Source of the DNA: Scyliorhinus canicula
Lineage: Eukaryota
NCBI RefSeq assembly: GCF_902713615.1
Contig: NC_052157.1
Coordinates: 154,169,004 to 154,233,003 of the forward strand
Length of the DNA stretch: 64,000 bases
Direction of reading: 5' to 3'
Part shown: positions 1-13,397 of the stretch, in pieces
How the letters are laid out: every line of letters starts with the position of its first letter
How positions within the stretch are numbered: the stretch's first letter is position 1
Made by a program: the position numbers and the translations under genes
The notes under the pieces: generated by a model
What the model was told of the DNA's origin: nothing
Seen by the model: the letters and a program-made list of their open reading frames with translations, nothing else
Databases searched by the model: none

Positions 1-1426
1 CCCATTTTCATTCCGAGGGCCTTTTTTAGGAGGGTGAACAGCAGCATTACGGGATTGGTTTGGGCACACGGGACTTCGAGGGTGAGGAGGGTCTTTTTGG
101 AGCGGGGCAGGGATACAGGGGGGCTGGCACTGCCCAACCTCAGGGTACTATTGGGCGACTAACGTCTCGATGGTACCTAAGTGGGTAATGTATGGGGAGG
201 GGGCAGCATGGAAACGGATGGAGATGGCGTCCTGTGGAGGTACGAGCCTGAAGGCACTGGTAACGGCGCCGTTGCCGCTCCCTCCAACAAGGTACACTAC
301 GAGCCCGGTGGTGGTGGCTACCCTCAAGATTTGGGGGCAGTGGAGGCGACACAGGGGGGAAGTGGGGGGCTAGGTGGAGGCCCCGCTACGGGGGAACCAC
401 CGGTTTGTCCCAGGGAACATTGATGGCAGGTTCCTGGGGTGGCACAGGGTCGGCATAAGGAAGTTGGGAGACCTGTTCATTGCCGGGAGGTTTGCGAGCC
501 TGGGTGAGCTGGAAGAGAAGTTTGAGCTCCCCCCGGGGAATATGTTCAGGTACCTTCAGGTTAAGGCGTTTGCTAGGCGGCAGGTGGAGGGGTTCCCTTT
601 GCTGCCCCCGCGGGGGGTAAGGGATAGGGTGCTTTCGGGGGTGTGGGTCGGTGATGGGAAAGTGTCTGACATCTACCAGGTGATGCAGGAGGTGGGGGAG
701 GCGTCGGTAGAGGAGCTGAAGGCTAAGTGGGAAGTGGAGCTGGGTGAGCAGATCGAGGAGGGGACATGGGCCATCGCCCTGGAGAGGGTGAACTCCTCCT
801 CTTCATGTGCGAGGCTTAGCCTCATCCAGTTCAAGGTACTGCACAGGGCTCATATGTCTGGGACGAGGTTGAGCAGGTTTTTTGGGAGTGAGGACAGATG
901 CATTAGGTGTTCGGGGAGCCCAGCGAACCATGCCCATATGTTTTGGGCATGCCCGGCACTGGAGGAATTCTGGAAGGGGGTAGGAAGGACGGTGTCGAGG
1001 GTGGTAGGATCTAGGGTCAAACCAGGCTGGGGACTCGCGATATTTGGGGTTGGGGTGGAGCCGGGAGTGCAGGAGGCGAAAGAGGCCGGTGTTTTGGCCT
1101 TTGCGTCCCTAGTAGCCCGGCGGAGGATCTTGTTGCAATGGAAAGATGCGAGACCCCCAAGCGTGGAGACCTGGATCAATGACATGGCGGGATTCATTAA
1201 GCTGGAGAAGGTCAAATTCGCCCTGAGGGGGTCGGTACAAGGGTTCTTTAGGCGGTGGCAGCCTTTCCTCGACTTTCTGGCTCAACGTTAGAGAGCTAGG
1301 TCAGCAGCAGCAGCAACCGGGGGGGGTTTCAGGGAGGCGTTGTTTATGTTAATTTAATTTATTGTTAATTTATTTTGTTGTTGATTGGGTTGGGGGGGGG
1401 TTTTGTTATATGCGGTGTTACGGGTG

Positions 1427-1457
<31 letters not shown>

Positions 1458-1540
1458 TGTTTATTATTGTTATTATTACTATTGTTTTGTTGTTACATTT
1501 TTCAACAAATTTCAATAAAAAAATTTTATTTTTTTTTAAA
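1..1540 (+). mobile_element. L1-clade LINE, 3' part (end of ORF2, 3'UTR with G-tracts, AATAAA); cut by the window edge
   Basis: ORF 374..1291 has the L1 C-terminal CxxC..H..C motif (RCIRCSGSPANHAHMFWACP); G29 run at 1429-1457; nearly identical to 21450-22924. Confidence 0.95.
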
Positions 1541-1779
1541 TGATTGTGACTAACGTACCTGTGAAAATTCATCCATGTTGTTCAGTCAACCCAAAGATCA
1601 AACCAAGAAAACCTAAAACTCCTCTTGATACACTTGGTAGTTTTATTCAAAACAAACTACTCCTATTGCAGTAAATCAGTTTTACTGCTCATTGCTTGTG
1701 CGTTACAAGGTCACCAAGTGTTTATTCTGCATAAACCACTGACCACTCCCTAAGCCGGTAAAGTTGAATAACATTTGGA

Positions 1780-2220
1780 ATAGAATCATGGAATTGTTAC
1801 AGTGCACAAGGCCATTCAACCCCTCGTGTCTGTACCGGCTCTCCCAACGAGCATCGTCCTTCGTGCCATTTCTCCTGCCTTCTCCCCGTAACCCTGCACA
1901 AACAAATAAATCATCCAACACCTTCTTGAATTCCTCGGTTGAACCTGCCTCCACCATGCTCTCAGAGAGAACACTCGCTGTCTGAAAAAGTTTTTTCTTA
2001 CATCATGTTTTCTTCTTTTGCCGATTACTTTAAATCTATGCCGTCTCGTTCTTGATCTTTTCACTGGCAGGAACAGTTCCCCCCGTGCCCGCATCTACTC
2101 TGTCCAGGCCCCTTGTGATTTTGGATACCTCTGTCAAATCTCCTTTCCAAGAAGAGTCCTTACCCCTCTAATCTACCGTCATAACTGAAGCTTCCCATAT
2201 TTGTAAACCTCTTCTGCTCT
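1780..2220 (-). mobile_element. CR1 LINE 3' fragment
   Basis: RTRRHRFKVIGKR..RKNFFRQRV C-terminal CR1 motif and CR1-type 3' tail. Confidence 0.8.
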
Positions 2221-2750
2221 CTTGCCAATCTACAGTTGGCCGGGGTGAACACATACACGTTCCTTAATAATAGACTTGGGCTCAACTGCGCAATATACAC
2301 GTGTCCAATGTTCCAGCAAAAATCAATCTATAAATGGTTAACGCCATTGACAGAAGTCTGTAATAAAAGCTGAAGGATAAAATCCAACTTGTACAGCAAT
2401 GTAAACAACCCCCCCACCTCCCTACCCCAGGCTCGGTCTAGTTAAATGTTCTTCCAAACCTTTCATCATTCTCTGGCCAAAAAAAGGGGAGGCATTATTC
2501 TCCCAGATCTCTCCACTCCTCTGCAAGCAGCTGCGAGGAGAGTGTCGGCACAGTGCAGATCACTCACCCACTGATTATCTCCCTCCATTTTTGTAGGGAT
2601 GTACCTTTTGTTTGGCACCTTCCCAACAACTTGGCCATAAACTGGGAACTCACCGCTATGAACATGTATCCCATTACGCCATGGCGAACTGCATTGATAC
2701 ACCAACCCATTGCGCCCTGGGGTGCGGTTCCAGTGGATTCTTAAAGGAAG

Positions 2751-3341
2751 TGTCATGTGAGAGTACCTTTAAGTAATGGATGTTTAAGAAATGGAGCAGC
2801 TCATATTACTGAAGTGATGTCAGAGGGTGGGGGTAGCCGAGTTGAGATCACCTTCTGCTTTTTGGGAGTTTTTTTTAGTTTCATTTTGAGAGAGAGCAGC
2901 TGAAAAGTGTCTGGCTGGTTTGCTGTGAGCTGTTTAAAAAGAGAAAGCCAGTTTTGAGGAAAAGAGCTTGGGTGTGTCTGTGTTTGCAGTGAACTGGATC
3001 TGCGGTGATCACTGGCAGGAAAGATTATCTCGGAATCATTTGGGTGATTTAAACTCATAATAGTAATGTCTTTAACCTGATGTGTTTCTGTTTAAAGGTG
3101 TTAAGTCTTTTGAAGGTTTGAACGAACATTTTGAGGGATTATTTAGTGTTGTATTATTTTTGGGGTTATCTTTGAAGTAAGGGGTGGCAAGTGATCCAAT
3201 GTTTATTTAAAAAGGTTAAGTTGAATTCATGGAATAAACATTGTTTTGTGTTTAAAAACCCAAGTGTCCATAATTGTAATACCACACCTGGTTGAACTCC
3301 ATGATACATTTTGGGGTTCTAAAAACGCCGCTCCCATAACA
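2751..3341 (+). mobile_element. Solo LTR (Gypsy-like), about 590 bp
   Basis: Starts TGTCATG and ends CATAACA (imperfect inverted termini); internal AATAAA near 3233; flanks gaag/aaag form a 4-bp TSD with one mismatch. Confidence 0.7.
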
Positions 3342-4167
3342 AAAGAAAGACTGCATTATCGTACATACACACACAAAAAAACCCCCACAACCGTCAGCAC
3401 CTTCTCAATCTTCAACTGCAATTTTTCATCAGCAGAAATGTACACAGTGTACATATGTGGAAAAATGCGACATAACAGATGCTACTGGACAGAGCACCAA
3501 GGCAGTTTCCTCCAATTAAATTCAACATTTTTGCATTGTTAAATAAAGGTGTCAATCCAGGGAAGGGGAGTAACTTGAAATTCTACCTTTCACAGCCTTC
3601 ACATTTCACTTGCAAATGAATACTTGTCAATATGGGCTGCATAAAATCACCTACAAGAGAGCAACACCGATTTCCTTTTCACCAATCTACCCCAATCTCT
3701 TCTGCAGTAAAGTTCCATGTGCACTGATAGATCTCCAATATCTCTATTAAATGGCTATTCAAGTGAATTATCAAAGGCAAGCTACTAACTGTGGAAGGCG
3801 TAATAATTCACAGCAACATCCACACACAAACATTTTCCTTGAGACAACAATGACACCGTGGCTAAATTATGGTGTTAAGTGGATGCCCCAGGTATCAGTA
3901 AAGCACAAAACAAGAATTTAATTTAGACTTCTCCGATCTGTACCATACCAACTGGCCCCATTTAACCATCCATCGAGCCAACCATCCATCGTGCCTCGAG
4001 GAAGTTAAAGCAAAACTCATTTGTATTAATAGAATTAAATGTTTACAAGTAAAAACCAAGCCGAGGCACATTTGTTGACCTCTCCAGAAAAGTTCCTGCA
4101 CTTCAGATGCTCACCGCAGAGTCAGTTATGCTGCTAGGCCAATAACAATTCAATAATGCACACAACT

Positions 4168-4437
4168 TCATAAGACGTAGGATCAGAAGGCGGCCATTCA
4201 GCCCATTGAGTCTGCTCCACCATTCAATGAGATCATGGCTGATCTAATATAATCTTCAACTCCACTTTCCCGTCTTATCCCTAGAACCCTCCATTCCCTT
4301 ACTGATTAAAAATCTGTCCATCTCAGCCTCGAGTGTACTTAACGACCTAGCCTCTACACTCCCTGCGGTAAAGAATTCCTTCTGACCTCGGTCTTTATTG
4401 GGCAACACTTTACTATGAGATGATGCCCTCTGGTCCC
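4168..4437 (-). mobile_element. CR1 LINE 3' end fragment
   Basis: Reverse complement of the tail seen at 27180-27333 (cagccatgatctcattgaatggtggagcagactcaatgggctgaatggcc). Confidence 0.8.
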
Positions 4438-4699
4438 ATTCCGTGGATGGAATTTAAATACCATTCATAACATTACAACAATTTCCTCCAGAAAGCAAAC
4501 TTCAAGTCTCATCTTGGCACTTGAGCAAAGGAGAGTTAACTTGGAAGTGCGAAACTTACAAACAATTCAAGTGTAGCTCCTGATAGGCCAAACAACAAAT
4601 AAAGAAGCAAGATATTTTTGCCAGAGAAATGTTTCACTAATAGAAAAAATGCTTTGTTCTAAGAGTGGGAATAACTGAAGGGATAAATAGAATTTAATC

Positions 4700-5840
4700 C
4701 TGAGGTGCGAGGGAGTGTAGCTGCTCTTGAGATCAAAGCAGCATTTGACCGAGTGTGGCATCAAGGAACCCGAGCAAAACTGGAGTCAATGGGCATTGGG
4801 GGCATAGGCTCCGCTGATTGGTGCCATACATAGCACGAAGGAAGATGGTTGTGGCTATTAGAAATCAGTCATCGTAACCCAGGACAACTCTGCAAGAATT
4901 CCTCAGGGCAGTATCCCCAGTCCAACCATCTTCAGCTGTCCCATCAATAACCTTCCTGCCAAAGGTCAGAAGTGGGGATGTTCGCTGTTGACTGCACAAT
5001 ATTCAGCACCATTCACGATTCCTCAGATACTAAAGCAGTCCATGTCAAAATGCACCAAAACATGGAAAATATCCATGCTTGGGTTGATACGTGGCAAGTA
5101 ACATTCGTGCCACATAGGTGCCTGGCAATGATCACCTCCAACAAGATAGAGTCTAACCATTGGGCCTGTTCATTCAGTGGCATTACAATTACGGAATCCC
5201 CCACTTTCAACATCCTGGGGGTTACTATAAACTGAATTGGGCGAGACATATAAATACTGCAGCTACAATACAGGTCAGAGGCTCGGAATCCCACAAAGAG
5301 TAACTCACCTCCCGATTTCCCAAAGCCTGTCCACTATCTACAAGGCACAAGTCACATGCGACTTGCCCGGAGTGCAGCTCTAACCACACAAGAAGTCTAA
5401 AACCATCCAGGACAAAGCAGCCTGCTTGATTCGCACCCATCCAACAAACATTCACTCCATCCTCCACGGGCCCACAGTGGCATTAGTGTATGCCATCTAC
5501 AAGATACATTGCAGGAACTCACCTAAGTTCCTTCGGCAGCACCTTTCAAACACATGAACATTACCATGTCGAAGGACCATGACAGCAGACACATGGGAAC
5601 GCCATCATCTGGAGGTCTCTCCCATCCACACATCATCCTGACTTGGAAATATATTTCCATTCCTTCACTGTCCAGGGTCAAAATCCTGAAACTCCCTCTC
5701 TAACATCATTGTGGGTGTACCTACACCTCATGGACTGCTGCAGTTCAAAGCAGCTCACCACCATCTTCTCAAGGACAATTACAGATAGGTAATAAATGCT
5801 GGCCTAGTAAGCGATTCCCAAAGCCCATGAATTAAGTTTT
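4700..5840 (+). mobile_element. Decayed CR1/L2-group LINE, RT domain to 3' end
   Basis: Translates to IKAAFDRVWHQG..PQGS..WVDTWQVTFVPHRC; 3' end aataaatgctggcc..ccca is shared with 7860-8500(-), 58500-58810(-) and the SINEs at 16492 and 60332. Confidence 0.8.
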
Positions 5841-5879
5841 AAAACATTGTCCCACTCAGTTGGTGGCATGTTTGCCCAC

Positions 5880-6460
5880 AATACACTTCAGTGTAGCACC
5901 AAAGTAGTGTTACATGTTAGAGGTGTCATCGTTTGGATGACACATTGGCCTAAAAGCCCTGTGTTTCTATTCCGATAAAGTTGAAAGATTGCGCTGCACT
6001 ATTTGAAGAGCAGCAAGTTCACCTGATGGGGTCAACACGGTGCGTAGTGGTTAGCATTGCTGCATCACGGCTCCGAGGACCCGGATTCGATCCCAGCCCT
6101 GGGTCACTGGCCGTGTGGAGTTTGCACATCCTCCCCGTGTCTGCGTGGGTCTCACCCCACAACCCAAAGATATGCAGGGTAGGTGGACTGACCACGCTAA
6201 ATTGGCCCTTAATTGGAACAAAAGAACTGGGTACTCTAAATTTAATTTTTTTTAAAGAAAAAGGTTCCTGATGTCCAGGTCAACATTTCCAAGTGCAACC
6301 GACACCATAAACAGATTAACTGTTTTCTCACCTCGCTTGCCATTTGTGAAGACTCACTGCTGAGGAAGCAGAAGCTACATTTGCTCGCTCCACAGTGGCT
6401 TTACTTCAAATTTTAATTAACTGGCTGTGCGCCTTTGGGACATCCTGAATACGTGATCCT
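5880..6460 (+). mobile_element. Old Deu-domain-type SINE interrupted by a V-SINE
   Basis: Degenerate ttggatga..aaagat..gcactatttgaagagcag..gtcc motif that resumes after the insert. Confidence 0.5.
6028..6262 (+). mobile_element. V-SINE, short-tail type (type B)
   Basis: tRNA A/B-box head, V core gtgtggagtttgcac..., tail gggtactctaaattt; flanked by cctgatg duplication. Confidence 0.88.
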
Positions 6461-6724
6461 GAACACATTCATTCTGTGACATGACAGCTGCTTAATTTGG
6501 TGCATGTCCAACACAAATTACTCAAGCTCCAAAACGCTTTTAAAAAACCGTTGTGGAAACGTGATATTAATGTTGGATTTTAAGGCAGCCACTGGATCAC
6601 CATGCTGAGATAAATCCAAAATGAAATGCAAAGATTTCTGAAGGACTAAAGATAGTACCAAGTCAGTATAAGTAAACACACCTTGCTTTACAGATAGGTG
6701 CATCACTTTTTACAACAATTTCAT

Positions 6725-6990
6725 AACTTGCATTAAACAATCTAACAAAATAAAATGCCCCACTGAGTTTCATTGAGCGTTATAAAACAAAATGAGAGAC
6801 TGAACCACAGAGAGATATTAGGACAAATGACCAAAAGCTTGGCCAAAGAGATAGGTTTAAAGGAGTGCCCATAGTAAGAATGCAGGGTAAAGAAGAGGAG
6901 GTGTCTTCAAAGAGAATTCCAGAACTTAGGGCTAAGTTAAACGAAGGCATGGGCGCCAGTGATGGAGTGATTCAAAACAGGATGCTCGTT
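6725..6990 (-). mobile_element. L2-like LINE 3' remnant
   Basis: gaccaaaagcttggccaaagagataggtttaaaggag motif, also present near 27740. Confidence 0.55.
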
Positions 6991-7854
6991 TTTAAATAAA
7001 TAGATTGACACGGTTTCTATTCTGGATTTGGTGAAAATCCAAAGGTTCTGGATTTATGTAAGCAGAAGCGATCCGCAGGTGGATGCAACATAAACCTTTG
7101 AAGGATTTCTCTTTCAAATCCTAATGCTAAAAGTACAAAGGGTTTAAGAAATGCACCAAGACACAAGATCATGGAGCTCAGTAGAAGTGACTTCCCTCTC
7201 AAAACTCCTAATTATATAGAGGACGCAATATGAAGTCCCGTGGAATATTATTTGCACCCCACAAGTCGGCCGACTAGAGAACTCTCAAATTAAATCAGCA
7301 ACAGGTTCTGGTCAGCAGCAGAAAATGATTAAGTATGCTTCATATTTGTCAAATGCTCTATTTGTATCATATATTCGTTTGACAATGAATTAGGCAACCA
7401 GGACAAATATAAATTAACAGGTTTTACTGGTACAACAGATTGCTCTCCGGCTTGGATCCACTGCAGCATGAAACAGCAGACGATACTTGATCTTTAGATA
7501 AGTGGAGTGGATTTTGTGGATGCTTTTACATTTAAGTTTTTGTTTTAAAAAAGGCAATGAAAAAAATGTTAGTACCTGTCCATAGATAACCTAACCTCCA
7601 TGACATGAACATGATTCGCAAGATGGCTCATATGGTACAAAATACTGCCCTGAAGATATAACATGAAATGAAAATCGCTTATTGTCACAAGTAGGCTTCA
7701 AATGATGTTACTGTGAAAAGCCCCTTGGAGGAGGATCGCTGCATTACATTCCACTAACCAACCTTTAGCTTGTTGGTACTTATATATTACGAGTTGAAAT
7801 CTAATAAAACAGGTGGTTTTCAACAACGGGAGCTTTGATTTAGTGATGCCATGT

Positions 7855-8510
7855 GACAGGGACATTTTAAAAATTCTTTCACAGGATACGGATATCACTG
7901 ACAAGACCAGCATTTGTTACCCATCTACATGTGGTAGTGGAGTTGCTTTCTTGAACTTCTGCATTCCATCTGGTACAGGTAGGCCCACAGTACTGATGGG
8001 AAGAGTGTGCCATGATTCTGATCCTGCAGCAATGAAGGAATGCCAACAATGTTTCAAACCAGGACGGCGAGAGGCTTAGAGGGGAACTTGCAGGTGGTGG
8101 TGCTCCCATATGTCTCCTGCCCTTGCCCTTCTAGGTGGTAGGAGTCACAGGTTTGGAAGCTACTGTTGAAGGAGCCTTAGTGAGTTGCTGCAGTGCATCT
8201 TATATAGAGTACATGCTGCTGACACTCTTGGTGATGGAGGGAGTTGCTGCTGGAGCTTTCAGAAGGGGGTGACTATCAGGGCGGCTTTATCCTGGATGGT
8301 GGGTAGCTTCTAGTGTCTAATGTTGTTACAGCTGCACTCATCCAGACAAATGGTGAGTCCTCCATTACATCCCTGATCTGTGCCTTATAGATGGTGAACA
8401 GGTTTTGTCACAAAATGAGCTACTCCTAGCCTTTAACCTGCTCTTGAGCGTTAGTAGTTATTTGGCTGGCCCAGTTCAGTGTCTGGTCAATGGTAACTCT
8501 GATTGTTGGG
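7855..8510 (-). mobile_element. LINE 3' fragment, same family as 4700-5840
   Basis: Reverse-complement similarity to 5250-5840. Confidence 0.7.
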
Positions 8511-8549
8511 AGTTATTTTCAATTATACAAGAAGAAAATCATGTGCATA

Positions 8550-8766
8550 GGGCAGCACGGTGGCCCAGTGGTTAGCACTGCTGCCTCATGGCGCCGAGGT
8601 CCCAGGTTCGATCCCGGCTCTGGGTCCGTGTGGAGTTTGCACATTCTCCCCGTGTCTGCGTGGGTTTCGCTCCCACAATCCAAAGATGTGCAGGTTAGGT
8701 GAATTGGCCACGCTAAATTGCCCCTTAATTGGAAAAAATGAATTGGCTACTCTAAATTTATAAAAT
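8550..8766 (+). mobile_element. V-SINE type B with 14-bp TSD
   Basis: TSD aaaatcatgtgcat at 8535-8548 and 8767-8780. Confidence 0.92.
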
Positions 8767-9654
8767 AAAATCATGTGCATTAACAGAAATGCCACTTTTG
8801 GTGGTTTTCCTTAGGATGTTATAAACATTGGCTCTCACGTCAGAAGGTTCGCTTCCCTGTCTCAAAAATGTATTACTTTCCTCCACAAAAATTGCTAGCC
8901 CAAAAGTATTCTGATCTGAAAAAGTTAAAACTATAAGCTATCAATCTGTGGATAAATGATAAAACTATTACGAATTCATTTTGGTGTTTTCCAAGTATAG
9001 TCTCAGATGTGGCTCTCTAACAGATAATGAAATACTGGAGATTTTGCTTGTTTTGTGCACTGGTTTGAGCTCAAATGGGCTGAACCAGTGCCAAAATTGG
9101 TGAATTTAAAACATTGGTGAATTATGCCCAAAAGCACAAAAAATCAGATTTTCCATGTTTTAAAAAAAGATATTGATTCAATATTTAATTTAGCTCAGTC
9201 AGGCCCAACTTGTATAAATTGGCCAAAGTCAAACTTGGGAGATTTGCCAATTGCATTGGTTTGGGAAAGCACTTCAACTTGGACACATTTTCCTGGGCAA
9301 GTTTTAAATTAAATATTTTTCATGTGGAAAACCATTATGTAGAAATGTACAGCAATTAATCTATTAAATGGTTATGTGTGTATGTTTTAAAATAAATTTT
9401 TAATGACCAGGTTACCACTCCTTAATACAAAGAATGATTTTTAACAAAAAAATAAACAGGTGTGTTCAATTACACTGCCTGATTGCGCTCGTTCGTGAAA
9501 TATTTTACATCTGTAATTGTTCAAAATAATTTTAGTGGGAACCTGAAGCTGTAACTTAAACAACAAAATTTCAAGTGCATTTCTCGACTGTGTCCAAAGC
9601 GGAAACTCTACCCCGGATGCTTATTCCTTTATAAACTCTACATGAAGGTCCTAC

Positions 9655-9747
9655 CTGTTGGCCGAGCTAGAAGAGCTTGACCTGGATGAGGCTGAGGAAG
9701 GTCTCTGCAGAACTGCTGAGCCCCCAGAAGAGGTTAAAGGTGACTGC
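9655..9747 (-). CDS. ULK2: Probable additional ULK2 exon (93 nt; GQSPLTSSGGSAVLQRPSSASSRSSSSSSANR)
   Basis: Pyrimidine-rich acceptor ...ctcatcag|G CAG TCA...AAC AG|gtagga; open in the phase-2 frame required by the preceding exon; Ser-rich like the ULK linker. Confidence 0.75.
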
Positions 9748-10892
9748 CTGATGAGTTGGTGGAGACAGAAAAATCGAAGATGCTCATTTAATTTTCTATT
9801 TTGCATCTATAGTGTTTGTCGTGCTAACCTTTTGAGTATTTCAGCCTCAAGGCCCATACCCCAACACCTCCTCCTTCTGGCTGGCTAAAATTAAGCATCT
9901 GTCATGAACTTTTTCTCAGGACTTCCTTCAGAACATACAGTAAGAAGTAATACTTAATTTTATTTTGCCACTCTGTTACATATCTTTCACAGGGGCAAAG
10001 TTGATAGTCATAGAAAACTTGAATAGTTGGTACAGCTTATGTATCTCTACTTTTTGCATTCTCCATAGTCATTGCTATTTGCATCTCAGCAGTTAAAAAC
10101 GTTCAAACACATTTCCTTAAAAAGCCTCATTTATTATTCAGCCATTGATACCCAAATTATTAAAAGACTGGAAAGAATTTTGAAACTGTTCCGAATGACC
10201 AATTTGACTGAATATTTATTGTACTGAGATGCAATGCTGCCTTCTAATATTTTCAAGAATTCAGCATATATTTTTGCATTTTAACAATATTGCTCTACTT
10301 GAGTGAATAATGTGTTTAGACATTTACACAGTTTACATAAGCAAATACATTAAGGTGCCATGCAAAGCAACATGGAGCTATGCTTCTTACAGGAGGCACT
10401 ATTATTCATCTTCTGAGGTTGCAAATCCGGTTCAAGAAATGCACCCCACAAATAGGCTAAACAAACAGTTGTGCGCGTTGTTTGACAATTCCCAACGTCA
10501 CATTTTATCAAGTTGAATTATGAAACTTGTTTCTCAAGAAATTCAATAATAGTGAAATCATTTTATTCCTTGAACTTCATCAAGTGTTTGCAGTCTGATA
10601 CAAACATTAATTCAGATACAGAGAAATGCTGATATTAGGCAAAACATAATACAGTCCAAAATGAAGAAAGCCTTTGGCCCAACCCATCTATACGTCCATA
10701 TACTGATTTCTCCAATTCTCCCCACATCACCCAAACACAGATCCTCGAAAAGCAGCACAGGAGACTCAAAATTACTGTTACAAATGTTAATCGACAAAGT
10801 ATTTGTGTTCCATCCCTTTGTATGGTTTTATTGAAAAGATTAGATCATGTTTTGCAAATGGACCTTTGTCAAAGGTCCCAACGGATATTAAT

Positions 10893-11103
10893 TGTTTTTT
10901 TACTATAGATTTAGAGTAGCCAATTATTTTTCTTTTCCAATTAAGAAGCAATTTAGCGTAGCCAAACCACCAAGCTTCACATCTTTGGGCTGTGAGACCC
11001 ACGCAGACACTGGGAGAATGTGCAAACTCCACACGGACAGTGACCCAGGGCCGGGATTCAAACCCGGGCCCTCAGCGCTGTGCCACATGCCGCTCCATCC
11101 ACT
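10893..11103 (-). mobile_element. V-SINE type B with 11-bp TSD
   Basis: TSD cggatattaat at 10882-10892 and 11104-11114. Confidence 0.88.
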
Positions 11104-11417
11104 CGGATATTAATGATTCATTTAGTACACTGTCATTTCTAAGTTCAAGTTCCTTTTCCTATCTCTTCTGGAGAGAGAGAACAAAACATGCTATTAATCC
11201 CCAGTTCTCATGCGATGTTGCTTCAACTCCTTTTAAAGGGAATTCCAAATCAGCAACCTTCTGAGTTATGAACTTGTGTCCCCTCTAATCCTAAAATCAC
11301 TAACGTGTGAATCCTGTTCATGACATGATCTCCAATGAATGTAGTACTATTCCAAATAATTCCTCCATCACTATTGAGCAATTACAAACTATAGAATTTT
11401 AGTTGATTCGTACGTAC

Positions 11418-11478
11418 CCGCCACACATCAAAAATTCACTGGAAGCTCGTCTGCCAACCGTCCCCAACGGCATGTCAT
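11418..11478 (-). CDS. ULK2: ULK2 coding exon (61 nt; YDMPLGTVGRRASSEFLMCG)
   Basis: ctacag|AT GAC ATG CCG...GGC GG|gtacgt; matches ULK2 [20 protein letters not shown]. Confidence 0.94.
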
Positions 11479-12280
11479 CTGTAGAAAGTTTTAGAATAGA
11501 CTTAGAAGCAGAAACACCAAATCCCGCACTAAGGTAAACACAATGGTTAAAGATAGCTGAATATTTATCTCTTAACTTTAAAAAGACAATGGAATTAAAA
11601 GCATCTGATAAGATAACTTTCTGATCCTCTATTTAATTCACAAGAGCAGGGCTACAGCAAAGCTTTGTGATAAGATTATGCGAGTAAATTAATTAGGAGC
11701 AAGCAGCAAATCAAGTTTCCAACTCAAAGCTGTTCAAAAAGATCTAGTTTGAGCCAACTCAGCTCACTGCAGCGTCAGCATCATCTGTCCACTGAGCTAT
11801 CAACCTTGGGTTAACGGGAACACTCTTCCTCTTTAGTGGTTGAAAAGGTCAAATTCAGAAACCTAATCTAGGCTGACCTACCAATGCAGTATTGAGGAGG
11901 GCTGTACTGCTGGAGGTGCCATCTTTTTGAATAAGTCTTGAATATGCTGTATGGGAAATTTGGAAAAGGGAAACAAAACCTTTACAGAAACCAAATACAA
12001 GTGTGACTTCACTTGATTGTCAATTATTCATATTTTTGGCAAATCTTGTGTGTCAGTGAAGAATGTTTATTGTATTGCTAGAGGTTGAAACATTTCTCCA
12101 TTTTTGGAACCCCCAATCAGAAAGAATAAAACACATTTACTCTACTCAGCTTCCCCCCCCCCCCCCCCCCCATCCCCCATCCCCCACCCCACCTCCTCTT
12201 GTTTATAAAGATATAACGGCAAACGTGAACATTTGAAAGGAGTGAAACAAAACCACCAGAAGCGAAAAGCAGCTGCTTAC

Positions 12281-12452
12281 ATGACTGATCTGAAGAGATG
12301 CTATGTGGAACGAGAACAAAGTCATCTGTGTCACATGAAGAGTTCTTACTGCCACTGCTGGCAGAGTCTTTGGAAACCTGCAGATAGTTAGGTGGACCCA
12401 AAGGTGGGGAAGACAGATTGTCTTCTTGTATACGTTGCATATCTGGTAATGA
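12281..12452 (-). CDS. ULK2: ULK2 coding exon (172 nt; [57 protein letters not shown]), contains the LIR motif DDFVLV
   Basis: ctccag|TCA TTA CCA GAT ATG...TCA T|gtaagc; [17 protein letters not shown] is ULK2-specific. Confidence 0.97.
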
Positions 12453-12809
12453 CTGGAGGAAAAAAGAAAGGTTATATTACAGTAACAATATCAGACGGTA
12501 CTATCACAATCTGCCTTTATAATCATGGAGCTGCATTAATAAAATTATAAATTGGAACTTATTCGGTTATATTGCAAGGTTTCTTGAACACAGTAGTTTT
12601 AGATTATGTCTGCTTAAAATGTTATCCTTTAGAGGATTGTGATTGTACATTTACTTCATCACATAAAATACAAGGCAAGATTGCACTGGTCTATTTTCTC
12701 TGCTATTTTTAATTTCTCCAGTCACCACATCATAACCATAATTTAGGGTGGCTTCTGAAAGGCAAAGGTATATTAAGGGTGCCAAAAATAGATCAAAATG
12801 TATAACCGC

Positions 12810-13397
12810 TAAAGTCTGCCTGTTTAGGTGGATGTAAAAGATCGAATGACACTATTTCAAAGAGGAGCCGGGGAGTTATCCCCAGTGCCTGGGCCAATAT
12901 TTATCCCTCAATATTTCAAGTGTTATCTGCTTATCATCACATTGTGCTACCATGCTGTGGCTAGCACTCTGACTTCGCAGCGCCAGGGTGCCAGGTTCAA
13001 TTCCCCGCTGGGTCACTGCCTGTGCTGAGTCTGGACGTTCTCCCCGTGTCTGTGTGGGTTTCCTCCGGGTGCTCCGGTTTCCTCCCACAGTCCAAAGACG
13101 TGCAGGTTAGATGGATTGGCCATGATAAGTTGCCCTTAGTGTCCAAAAAGGTTTGGAGGAGTTATTGGGTTATGGGGATAGGGTGGAAGTGAGGGCTTAA
13201 GTGGGTCGTTGCAGACTCGATGGGCTGAATGGCCTCCTTCTGCACTGTATGTTCTATGCTGTTGGGAGTTTGCTGAATGCAAATTAGCTGCTTCTTTGTC
13301 TGCATTGCAACAGTGACTACACTTCAAAAAAATACTTCAAAAGCACTTTGGGACATCCAGTGGTCACGAACAATGCTTTATAAATCAAAGATCTTTT
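12810..13397 (+). mobile_element. Deu-domain-type SINE interrupted by a CR1-tailed V-SINE (about 12948-13258)
   Basis: ggtggatgtaaaagatc..cactatttc..gggccaatatttatccctca Deu-like core; continues at 13259 with caacagtgactacacttcaaaa; the insert ends ..tgcactgtatgttctatg. Confidence 0.8.

Noticed and set aside
2466-2756. 96-aa minus-strand ORF with donor-like gtgagt sites
   Set aside because: No recognisable homology and no supported acceptor; it abuts a solo LTR
1560-9650. Search for the next ULK2 exon (PIPVPTQ..NYQRIEQNL)
   Set aside because: Not found; presumed to lie before position 1
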